Positions 1 through 6,004 of a DNA stretch of 11,684 bases are shown piece after piece. The notes beneath the pieces were generated by a model. The model saw only the letters and a program-made list of their open reading frames with translations, ran no database searches and was not told the origin of the DNA. How positions within the stretch are numbered: position 1 is the stretch's first letter; each line of letters begins with the position of its first letter. The stretch comes from Candidatus Pacearchaeota archaeon (GTDB lineage Archaea; Nanobdellota; Nanobdellia; Pacearchaeales; GW2011-AR1). Location of the stretch: the NCBI GenBank assembly GCA_027021195.1, contig JALUUW010000029.1, positions 1 through 11,684 of the forward strand, in the 5' to 3' direction. The translations under genes and the position numbers were made by a program.

Positions 1-397
1 TAAGGATTGAATAAAGTCTAACCTTGTCAATTCTTTCACCCGCATACAAAAGTCTGGACATCTCTTCAGAAAACCTAACTATTTCCGGAGCTTTTCTCTT
101 AAGCTTTTTTGGAATTTCATCATACGAGATTTGACTGTCTATGTTAAATTTTTCATGAAGGAACTTTCTTGCAAGAGCATCAGCTTCATTCAGCAATCTT
201 GAAGGGCTTTCATACGAATTTATAAGTTCTCTGATTTTTATCTGATAAATGCTTTCTGCCTGCCGCTTCTTCAAATTCACTCTTTTACTGAGAGAAGACT
301 CAATCATGCTTAAGATTATAACTAGTATTGAAATTATTGCAGCAAGTATAAAAAAAATCCAGAAGTTTGCTGAAAACAGAAAATTTCCTAAAACCAT
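1..397 (-). CDS. hypothetical membrane protein, N-terminal part (3' end runs off the left window edge)
   Basis: Absent from the track because it has no stop in the window. Read on the minus strand from ATG (397..395), the frame stays open for 132 codons to position 2: MVLGNFLFSANFWIFFILAAIISILVIILSMIESSLSKRVNLKKRQAESIYQIKIRELINSYESPSRLL... It has one N-terminal hydrophobic helix followed by a charged helical region. I recognise no family. Confidence 0.55.
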   Translation of the reverse strand, partial: MVLGNFLFSANFWIFFILAAIISILVIILSMIESSLSKRVNLKKRQAESIYQIKIRELINSYESPSRLLNEADALARKFLHEKFNIDSQISYDEIPKKLKRKAPEIVRFSEEMSRLLYAGERIDKVRLYSIL

Positions 398-418
398 TGC
401 TATTCGTACACAAATTTA

Positions 419-426
419 ATATAAAA
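419..426 (-). promoter_or_regulatory. TATA-like box (TTTTATAT on minus strand) for the 397..1 gene
   Basis: Octamer centre lies 25.5 nt upstream of the ATG at 397, which implies a leaderless or near-leaderless transcript. The AT-rich background makes chance matches likely. Confidence 0.35.
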
Positions 427-428
427 AC

Positions 429-436
429 TTTATTAA
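429..436 (+). promoter_or_regulatory. TATA-like box (TTTATTAA) for the 459 gene
   Basis: Centre lies 26.5 nt upstream of ATG 459. It sits back to back with the minus-strand box at 419-426 in a 61-nt divergent spacer. Confidence 0.35.
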
Positions 437-458
437 TGAAGTTATCTTAATTTAATTA

Positions 459-806
459 ATGAAAATTTATTATAAAAATAATGAAATCAGCATAAATGCA
501 AAAAAACTCTCTTTTTTTGGAAGAGTAATAGGCCTGATGTTTAAACTTCATCCAGAGAAAACTGAAAATCTTCTTTTTGATTTTGGGAAAAAAGTAAGTT
601 TTCCAATTCATTCATGGTTTGTTTTTTTTAAATTCATGGCAGTATGGATGGACAAAAACAACAGGGTGATAGAATGGAAGATTGTGAAGCCATTTAGGTT
701 TTCTGTAAGGCCAAAGATTCCATTTAATAAACTGATTGAGATGCCCTTAAACAATAAAAATAGAGAAATTATCAGCTTCTTCGTCGGAAGTGTGAGAAAG
801 ATTTAA
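459..806 (+). CDS. DUF192-like small protein (function unknown)
   Basis: 115-aa ORF. The pattern G-L-M-F ... LLFDF ... IHSWFVFFKFMAVWMDKNNRVIEW resembles the DUF192/COG1430 core (GLM..., hydrophobic-D-hydrophobic-hydrophobic-F-hydrophobic-D). Assigned by eye only. Confidence 0.55.
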   Translation: MKIYYKNNEISINAKKLSFFGRVIGLMFKLHPEKTENLLFDFGKKVSFPIHSWFVFFKFMAVWMDKNNRVIEWKIVKPFRFSVRPKIPFNKLIEMPLNNKNREIISFFVGSVRKI

Positions 807-827
807 ATACTTTAATTGCAAGTATAG

Positions 828-835
828 TTTATAAT
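828..835 (+). promoter_or_regulatory. TATA-like box (TTTATAAT) upstream of the 858 gene
   Basis: Centre lies 26.5 nt upstream of ATG 858. This conflicts with use of the GGAGG at 848-852 unless a second, upstream start is used (TTTAAATA at 802-809), or there is read-through from the 459 gene. Confidence 0.3.
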
Positions 836-847
836 AATTAAATAAAA

Positions 848-852
848 GGAGG
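848..852 (+). promoter_or_regulatory. Shine-Dalgarno-like GGAGG
   Basis: aaaGGAGGtagaaATG, with a 5-nt spacer to ATG 858. It is the only clear SD motif in front of any gene in this window. Confidence 0.5.
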
Positions 853-857
853 TAGAA

Positions 858-1043
858 ATGGGAAAAATCGTTGCTAAGAGTGTTGTTACAAGGAAGCCAG
901 GGTATCTTTACTATGTAGATGCAAAAGGAAATGTCTGTGAAGCAAAAATGGCTCGTGGCGGAAAAAAGAAAAAATCTTCCAAGAAGAAAGCCGCTAAGAA
1001 AACAACAAAGAAAAAAGCAGCAAAGAAGAAAAAAAAGAGATAA
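858..1043 (+). CDS. small basic protein with Lys/Ala-rich C-terminal tail (putative nucleic-acid-binding; no family recognised)
   Basis: 61 aa. The N-terminal ~34 aa look like a small beta-rich module (KSVVTRKPGYLYYVDAKGNVCEAKMARGG). This is followed by a 27-aa tail, KKKKSSKKKAAKKTTKKKAAKKKKKR. It has a strong SD and is followed by T-rich terminator-like tracts. Confidence 0.75.
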   Translation: MGKIVAKSVVTRKPGYLYYVDAKGNVCEAKMARGGKKKKSSKKKAAKKTTKKKAAKKKKKR

Positions 1044-1054
1044 TCTCTCTTTAC

Positions 1055-1106
1055 TTTTTATTTATTATTTTTATTGTTTTGATTTTTAATCTTAAATATT
1101 CTTTTT
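1055..1106 (+). terminator. cluster of oligo-T tracts (archaeal intrinsic termination signals)
   Basis: Four T5 runs at 1055-1059, 1068-1072, 1083-1087 and 1102-1106, directly downstream of the stop at 1041-1043. Confidence 0.45.
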
Positions 1107-1164
1107 ATTTTCTATGGCAGCTTATTCATAAAATAGCACCTGTTTATAACTTTCCCTGATTAGT

Positions 1165-1172
1165 TTTATATA
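1165..1172 (+). promoter_or_regulatory. TATA box (TTTATATA) for kae1
   Basis: Centre lies 25.5 nt upstream of ATG 1194, and no SD is present. This supports ATG 1194 rather than the TTG at 1179 used by the track. Confidence 0.45.
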
Positions 1173-1193
1173 CTTGTTTTGTGCCCCTTTATT

Positions 1194-2195
1194 ATGGCGA
1201 TTGTTATAGGCATTGAAAGCACAGCGCATACATTCGGAGTTGGAGTGGTAAGGAACGGGGAAATTCTTTCCAATGTTAAGAGAGTTTATACAACTGAAAA
1301 AGGAGGGATAATTCCTGTTGAAGCGGCAAGGCATCACTTCAATAACAAAGAAGAGGTTTATTTTGAGGCTCTTGATGGAGCAGGTATTGAAGAAAAAGAT
1401 ATTGACGCTGTTGCATTTTCGCAAGGCCCGGGACTTCCTCCCTGCCTGCTTGAAGGGATGAATTTTGCAAAGGAACTCTCACAAAAATTAAAGAAACCAA
1501 TTGCTCCTGTGAATCACTGCATTGCCCATCTTGAAGTAGGAAGAATCACTGGAGCAAAAGATCCTGTTATGCTGTATGTTTCAGGGGCAAATACCCAGAT
1601 AATTGCATATGCTTCTGGGAAATACCGAGTGTTTGGAGAGACTCTTGATATAGGGGTTGGAAATTTTATTGATAACTTTGCAAGATACATAGGAATCGGT
1701 TTTCCCGGAGGCCCTGCAATACAGAAGCTTGCCGAGAAAGGAAAAAATTATGTAGAGATTCCTTACAAAGTCAAAGGAATGGATGTAGCTCTCTCCGGAA
1801 TACTTACTAATTTGAAACATAAGGCTGAAAAGGGATACTCTTTATACGATTTGGCTTATTCAATGCAGGAAACTGTTTTTGCAATGCTTGTTGAGACTGC
1901 TGAACGCGCACTGGCACATACTGGAAAAAAGGAGCTGCTTCTGGGCGGGGGAGTGGCATGCAACTCGAGGCTTCAGGAAATGTGCAGGATAATGTGCAAA
2001 GAGAGGAAAACCGGTAAAGTAAGGTTTTTTTGCCCTCCAAAATCCCTTCTTACTGATAATGGGGCGATGATTGCCTATCTCGGAGAGATAATGCTCAATA
2101 ATGAAAGATGCATGAAATATTCTCCAAAACAATTAAGAATGGTTGACATAAAACCCAGGCAAAGGACCGATGAGGTGGAAGTCAGATGGAAGTAA
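1194..2195 (+). CDS. kae1: tRNA N6-adenosine threonylcarbamoyltransferase Kae1 (KEOPS catalytic subunit), not fused to Bud32
   Basis: The N-terminus IGIESTAHTFGVGVV, the metal-binding motif VNHCIAHLEVG, SGANTQ, GGGVACNSRL and the C-terminal TDNGAMIAY are all hallmark Kae1/OSGEP/TsaD motifs. The track start at 1179 is a TTG; I prefer the ATG at 1194 (MAIVIGIE...). Confidence 0.93.
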   Translation: MAIVIGIESTAHTFGVGVVRNGEILSNVKRVYTTEKGGIIPVEAARHHFNNKEEVYFEALDGAGIEEKDIDAVAFSQGPGLPPCLLEGMNFAKELSQKLKKPIAPVNHCIAHLEVGRITGAKDPVMLYVSGANTQIIAYASGKYRVFGETLDIGVGNFIDNFARYIGIGFPGGPAIQKLAEKGKNYVEIPYKVKGMDVALSGILTNLKHKAEKGYSLYDLAYSMQETVFAMLVETAERALAHTGKKELLLGGGVACNSRLQEMCRIMCKERKTGKVRFFCPPKSLLTDNGAMIAYLGEIMLNNERCMKYSPKQLRMVDIKPRQRTDEVEVRWK

Positions 2196-2283
2196 GTTTT
2201 AAACAACAAGAAAACTTTATAAACCAATCTTTGCCTTATTATTTATCCTATGAACGAAAGCGAGGATTTTATATTCTCCTTCG

Positions 2284-2291
2284 TTATAAAA
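2284..2291 (+). promoter_or_regulatory. TATA-like box (TTATAAAA) for the rpl7ae operon
   Basis: Centre lies 30.5 nt upstream of ATG 2318, and no SD is present. An alternative upstream box, TTTATAAA, lies at 2216-2223. Confidence 0.35.
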
Positions 2292-2317
2292 CAGGAATTA
2301 AATAACAGATAGCAAAA

Positions 2318-2617
2318 ATGGATATATATAGCATAATTGAAAAGGCAAGAAAAACAGGAAAAGTTGAGAAAGGTACAAACGAAGTTACAAAGGCTATTGA
2401 GAGGGAAACCGCAAAACTTGTTGTGTATGCCTCTGATGTGAATCCTAAAGAGATTGTCCAACATCTGCCTGTTTTATGCAAGGAAAAAAAGATTCCCTGC
2501 AAGGAAGCTGACAGCAAGCAGAAACTCGGCATTGCGGCAGGACTTCCAGTGGCTACATCTTCAGTTGCAGTTATTGAACCAGGAGATGCCAAAAAAGACA
2601 TTGAATCTTTAAAGTAA
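2318..2617 (+). CDS. rpl7ae: ribosomal protein L7Ae (eL8 family; K-turn binding)
   Basis: [44 protein letters not shown] matches the L7Ae core (KGTNE.TKA.ERG.AKLV..A.DV.P.EIV.HLP.LCEEK..PY). Operon context with S28e and L24e agrees. At 99 aa it is short. An in-frame TAA at 2303-2305 rules out any N-terminal extension. Confidence 0.88.
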   Translation: MDIYSIIEKARKTGKVEKGTNEVTKAIERETAKLVVYASDVNPKEIVQHLPVLCKEKKIPCKEADSKQKLGIAAGLPVATSSVAVIEPGDAKKDIESLK

Positions 2618-2645
2618 ATTCTCATATGGCCTTACAACTATTAAA

Positions 2646-2936
2646 ATGGCAAAACAGCAAAAGGTAAAAGAAGGAAAATCCCAGTCTTCCAAGGGAAGCG
2701 ATAAGATTTTAGGAGAAACAGTTCCTGCGGTTGTAGAGGAGATTATTGGAAGGACAGGGTTCAGAGGAGAGATAACTCAGGTTAAATGCCTTGTTCAAGA
2801 GGGGAAAGACAAAGGAAGGTCAATGAGGAGAAATGTTAAAGGCCCTGTAAGGATAGGAGATATCTTAATGCTAAGAGAAACTGAAATTGAAGCAAGAAGA
2901 ATCAAATCCAAAGTAACAAAGGGAGTTTATACTTGA
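2646..2936 (+). CDS. rps28e: ribosomal protein S28e
   Basis: [59 protein letters not shown] matches the S28e core almost position by position. It carries an extra ~24-aa Lys/Ser-rich N-terminal extension. Confidence 0.92.
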   Translation: MAKQQKVKEGKSQSSKGSDKILGETVPAVVEEIIGRTGFRGEITQVKCLVQEGKDKGRSMRRNVKGPVRIGDILMLRETEIEARRIKSKVTKGVYT

Positions 2937-2937
2937 G

Positions 2938-3189
2938 ATGGTTAAGGGGGACTTTCAGGACATATTAGAAAGTGCATTGGGTCTGGAAACAGAAGATGAA
3001 AAGGCACTTGAAGGCCTGGCAGGAGGAGCAAGATTTTATGTCTTGGAGATTAATACAGAAGGCAAAAAAAATCCGGAAGAATATGTCAATAGAATCATTG
3101 AGTCTCTGAAAAGCGAAGGATACAAAGTCCCTATGACTCGGGCAGATGGAGACATTTATCATATTCACATTACACAACAACTGAATTAA
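2938..3189 (+). CDS. hypothetical acidic 83-aa protein embedded in the ribosomal-protein operon
   Basis: The ATG lies 1 nt after the S28e stop (TGAgATG), and its own stop lies 1 nt before the L24e ATG (TAAaATG). Composition is non-repetitive, with a predicted beta-alpha-beta-beta pattern (FYVLEI / PEEYVNRIIESLKSEGY / KVPMTR / DIYHIHI). I recognise no family. Confidence 0.65.
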   Translation: MVKGDFQDILESALGLETEDEKALEGLAGGARFYVLEINTEGKKNPEEYVNRIIESLKSEGYKVPMTRADGDIYHIHITQQLN

Positions 3190-3190
3190 A

Positions 3191-3403
3191 ATGCCAAAAT
3201 GTGTTTATTGCGGGAAAATGTATGATGTGCCAAGAGGGCTTACCTTGGTAATGAACAGCGGAGCTGTTAAGCACTTGTGCTCTTCAAAATGCAGGAAAAA
3301 TATGGAGATGAAAAGAAGGAAAGTCAACTGGATAAGAAAGAAGGGAGCTGCAAAAAAAGACATTAAAGAAGAGATTAAGGCTGAAGTTGAAGAAACCAAG
3401 TAA
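3191..3403 (+). CDS. rpl24e: ribosomal protein L24e (zinc-ribbon type)
   Basis: MPKCVYCGK...RGLTLVMNSGAVKHLCSSKCRKN matches the L24e CxxC...CxxxC signature (FCSSKCRKN). It has a Lys/Glu-rich tail. Confidence 0.92.
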   Translation: MPKCVYCGKMYDVPRGLTLVMNSGAVKHLCSSKCRKNMEMKRRKVNWIRKKGAAKKDIKEEIKAEVEETK

Positions 3404-3444
3404 GATTTCTGAAGCAGAGCATTAAGTTTTTGTTAGAAAAGAGG

Positions 3445-3939
3445 ATGGTGAAAAAAAACAGCAAAAACAAGAAGAAATCCAATCAGCAAAGCAGGTCTTC
3501 TCTGGATTTTGCCAAACCAGTAACAGGATTAAACCTTAGATTTTATATTTTTCTTTTTTTGGCTATTAGTGTTATTTCATCTTTTTTTTCAGTATTTATT
3601 CTGTTTTCAAAGCCTTTAGAAATAAAGGAAGTTGATGCAAAGTTTATTATAGGAGAGAATCCGGGGTTTGACCTAAATTCGAGCGCGCTTGTTTTCGGAA
3701 GGATTCCTCCGGGAGGATCATCAACAAGAAAGGTAGTCATTGACAATAGTTTTAGCTTTCCAATTGAGGTGAAGATTCTCGCAAGCAGGAATATTGCGGA
3801 ATTTGTTATTGCTCAGCCTGTTACAATCATTGAGGCAGGGAAAAATGCCTCTATTCCAATAAGCGTTTACATTCCGCAGGACAATGGATTTGGGGATTAT
3901 TACGGGAAAATCCGGTTTGAAATCTATAAGTCATCTTAA
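3445..3939 (+). CDS. membrane-anchored protein with extracellular beta-sandwich-like domain (PapD/ASH-like pattern), function unknown
   Basis: A basic N-terminus (MVKKNSKNKKKSNQQSR) is followed by one TM helix (LRFYIFLFLAISVISSFFSVFILF). A ~100-aa domain then shows the alternating pattern LVFGRIPPGGSSTRKVVIDNSFSFPIEVKI...IEAGKNASIPISVYIP...GDYYGKIRFEI, typical of Ig-like sandwiches. The track start at 3430 is a TTG; I prefer ATG 3445, but the start is uncertain. Confidence 0.7.
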   Translation: MVKKNSKNKKKSNQQSRSSLDFAKPVTGLNLRFYIFLFLAISVISSFFSVFILFSKPLEIKEVDAKFIIGENPGFDLNSSALVFGRIPPGGSSTRKVVIDNSFSFPIEVKILASRNIAEFVIAQPVTIIEAGKNASIPISVYIPQDNGFGDYYGKIRFEIYKSS

Positions 3940-3972
3940 GTTTAGTTGCACAGGCAATCAATACAAGAAGTT

Positions 3973-3980
3973 TTTTATAT
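3973..3980 (+). promoter_or_regulatory. TATA-like box (TTTTATAT) for the large surface-protein gene
   Basis: Centre lies 24.5 nt upstream of ATG 4001. This supports 4001 as the real start rather than 3884. Confidence 0.4.
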
Positions 3981-4000
3981 GGGCTTTTCATTTTATTGAA

Positions 4001-6004
4001 ATGAGAAAGACGGTGATTGTTTTAATGAGCTTGTTTATATTGCTTAATCTTTTTATTGTGATTCTCAGCTTTTATTCCCTTAAACCTTCGTCCCTAAGAA
4101 ACTCTTCCGGAACACTAATTACTGGCAGGGGAACTTCGGGGACTGTCGGCCTGGTTATTCTCGGGCCTGAGTTAAATGTGTTTATACACAGCCCTGAAAA
4201 TATCACTTATAACTTCAGCATAGGAGACGATTACATTATTGATTTGAATGTCTCTGCTGATTTTACAGTTGATACTTGGTGGTACAAACTGGAAGACCTT
4301 CGGCACGGCACAACAGTTAATGAGAGCGTTGTCTTTACCCCGAATGACACTATTAATGCTGTAAGGTGGTCAAATAAGATAACTGTCTTTGCAAATGACT
4401 CTTCAGGAAGCTCGGCAAGTTCCAGCGTGATTTTTTTTGTTTCTGTTCCAAACAGCGCTCCTGTTTTAGGGGCAATTGATGATGGGATTTTTGTATGCGA
4501 ATCAAATTCACTTTCTTACTCATTTAGCGCATCAGATGCTGATGAGGATGACCTTACTGCAGACATCAGCCCGAAAAATCCTTTTTTTGTATCTTCTCCA
4601 ACAAGAATTAATCTCACTACAGTCATCTCATCAATTTTCTCAGGAAATCTGACAAAAAGCGATGTTGGAATATACTCTGAGGTAGTATCTGTTTCTGACG
4701 GAGAGTATGTTGATACTAAAAATACAAATATAACTGTTATTGAAATTAACAATGCCCCTTCAGTTGAGAATGTAGGGGTTCAGACAATTTACACACAAGG
4801 AGATAACAGCACTTTCTACAAAGAGGTTCAGGTTAGTGATGTAGAAAACGGAAATCAGAGTTCAGGAAACTTTACATTTAACCTCACATTCCTTAACGGA
4901 AACAAATTCTTTGATATCACTCAATTTGGAGTTATGAATGTCAGTGGGAACGACAGCATAATAGGGGTTTACAATCTTAGTCTTTGCGTGACTGACAAGG
5001 CTATTGAAAACATACACCAAAACATAAGCCTTTGCGGACAAGACGGGCTAAACCAGACAGTGTGCCAGAACTTCAGTCTGACTGTGACTGATGAAAACAG
5101 GGCGCCTACTATTACAAACTACTATCCATCTAATTTTTCATTAAGCATTTCTGGAACAGGAACGCTCTCCTTTAATATAACAAAATACGATCCTGACGGA
5201 ACAATTCCAGATACATACTGGTATGTTGACGGCTTTCTTAAAGAATATGATTCAGGCAGCTCTTATGACAAGTTTGAATACAGCTTTGGTTGCGGAGTTT
5301 CTGGAACTCATACTATTAAAGCAGAGATAACTGACGGATTACTGAATGATTCGGTTGAATGGACTGTAAGTGTTGAAAGAGTTCAATGCCCTCTTCCTTC
5401 TGAAGGAGGCGGGGGAGGTGGAGGCGGCGGAATAGAGGGCTGTGCCACTAACTGGGCTTGTGATACTTGGGAAGTGTGCCAGAATGCAAAGGCAAGTTTG
5501 GAAATAGGTCTTTTGTCAGGAGAGGATTACAGAACTGTTAAGGACTCTTGTTTGGAGCAAAATCTTGATGATTCATCCTGCGGTGTCCAAATAAGAAAAT
5601 GTTTTGACTTAAATTCATGCAATTCAAGCGCAGGGCAGCCTCCAGAGTTTCAGGGATGTTATTATCTTGAAAAACCAAGCTGTTTTGACAATGTTAAGAA
5701 CTGTCACGATGGAGATTGTGAGTTGCTTGTTGATTGCGGAGGCCCATGCGATCCATGCCCGACTTGCTCTGACGGCATACAAAACCAGGGGGAGCAGGAT
5801 GTTGATTGCGGAGGCCCATGCCCATGGAAATGCCCTGCTGAAAAACCCCTTCAAGCAAACAAAATTCAAGTAGTCCTTTTCTGGTCTATTCTTATAATGC
5901 TGGTATTATTGGCAATCATCAAGGTCATAAAGATTGTTAAACTGAGGGAGAAGCTGATTCAAATAAAAAGAAACATAATGAAAAATGAAATTAATGAATT
6001 ATAG
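4001..6004 (+). CDS. large modular cell-surface protein: signal/TM, Ig/cadherin/PKD-like repeats, Gly9 hinge, Cys-rich stalk, C-terminal TM anchor
   Basis: 667 aa from ATG 4001 (MRKTVIVLMSLFILLNLFIVILSFYSL). The ectodomain has ~100-115-aa modules ending in N-x-A-P (NSAP 4451-4462, NNAP 4748-4759, NRAP 5096-5107). One segment is PKD-like (YDPDGTIPDTYWYVDG...GTHTIKAEITDG). I count 24 N-x-S/T sequons by hand. Gly9 lies at 5405-5431. There are 19 Cys between 5387 and 5833, including two VDCGGPC motifs. The TM helix VVLFWSILIMLVLLAIIKVIKIV is followed by a basic tail. Confidence 0.85.
   Translation: MRKTVIVLMSLFILLNLFIVILSFYSLKPSSLRNSSGTLITGRGTSGTVGLVILGPELNVFIHSPENITYNFSIGDDYIIDLNVSADFTVDTWWYKLEDLRHGTTVNESVVFTPNDTINAVRWSNKITVFANDSSGSSASSSVIFFVSVPNSAPVLGAIDDGIFVCESNSLSYSFSASDADEDDLTADISPKNPFFVSSPTRINLTTVISSIFSGNLTKSDVGIYSEVVSVSDGEYVDTKNTNITVIEINNAPSVENVGVQTIYTQGDNSTFYKEVQVSDVENGNQSSGNFTFNLTFLNGNKFFDITQFGVMNVSGNDSIIGVYNLSLCVTDKAIENIHQNISLCGQDGLNQTVCQNFSLTVTDENRAPTITNYYPSNFSLSISGTGTLSFNITKYDPDGTIPDTYWYVDGFLKEYDSGSSYDKFEYSFGCGVSGTHTIKAEITDGLLNDSVEWTVSVERVQCPLPSEGGGGGGGGGIEGCATNWACDTWEVCQNAKASLEIGLLSGEDYRTVKDSCLEQNLDDSSCGVQIRKCFDLNSCNSSAGQPPEFQGCYYLEKPSCFDNVKNCHDGDCELLVDCGGPCDPCPTCSDGIQNQGEQDVDCGGPCPWKCPAEKPLQANKIQVVLFWSILIMLVLLAIIKVIKIVKLREKLIQIKRNIMKNEINEL
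5728..5821 (+). repeat. 22-nt perfect direct repeat (5728-5749 and 5800-5821) encoding the duplicated VDCGGPC motif
   Basis: tgttgattgcggaggcccatgc occurs twice, exactly 72 nt (24 codons) apart, with different flanking bases on both sides. A diverged third copy (attgactgcggaggcaactgtc) lies at 6607-6628 in the next gene. Confidence 0.9.

Noticed and set aside
1122-2132. Minus-strand ORFs overlapping kae1 (1122..1424, 1581..1820, 1807..2040, 1860..2132)
   Set aside because: These are antisense shadows of a confidently identified Kae1 gene. They have no recognisable motifs and mutually overlapping frames.
2253-2285. Possible L7Ae-binding K-turn in the hairpin upstream of rpl7ae
   Set aside because: The 5' strand does show stem, AGC, GA, stem. 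However, the opposite strand has CC (2278-2279) rather than the GA required immediately 5' of the canonical stem. The tandem sheared G-A pairs therefore cannot form. I found no box C (RUGAUGA) or box D (CUGA) pair either. It is kept only as a generic hairpin.
2243-2625. Minus-strand ORFs 2243..2464 and 2284..2625, opposite rpl7ae
   Set aside because: They are antisense to the L7Ae coding sequence, and the products are hydrophobic, Cys/Phe-rich nonsense. The L7Ae frame explains the region.
3884-4000. N-terminal 39-codon extension of the large surface ORF (track start 3884); likewise the TTG starts at 1179 (kae1) and 3430
   Set aside because: The 3884 start would overlap the preceding gene by 56 nt and put 39 non-signal residues in front of an obvious signal/TM segment. 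ATG 4001 has a TATA-like box at the standard distance. For kae1, the ATG at 1194 gives the canonical MxxxIGIE N-terminus. The ATG at 3445 is preferred over the TTG at 3430, but with less certainty.
2965-4752. Minus-strand ORFs 2965..3180, 3205..3399, 3543..3746 and 4516..4752
   Set aside because: They are antisense to the 83-aa ORF, L24e, the beta-sandwich protein and the surface protein respectively. The products are low-complexity, and sense-strand genes account for the sequence.
5405-5431. GGAGG cores in the Gly9 tract as internal Shine-Dalgarno or regulatory sites
   Set aside because: They lie deep inside a long ORF with no downstream in-frame start of interest, and glycine coding fully explains them.
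5624-5873. Alternative-frame ORFs in the Cys-rich region (5667..5873 plus, 5624..5869 minus), with repeated LIAEAHA strings
   Set aside because: The repeated peptide is simply the 22-nt DCGGPC repeat read out of frame. The main frame is strongly supported by Cys spacing and the downstream TM helix.
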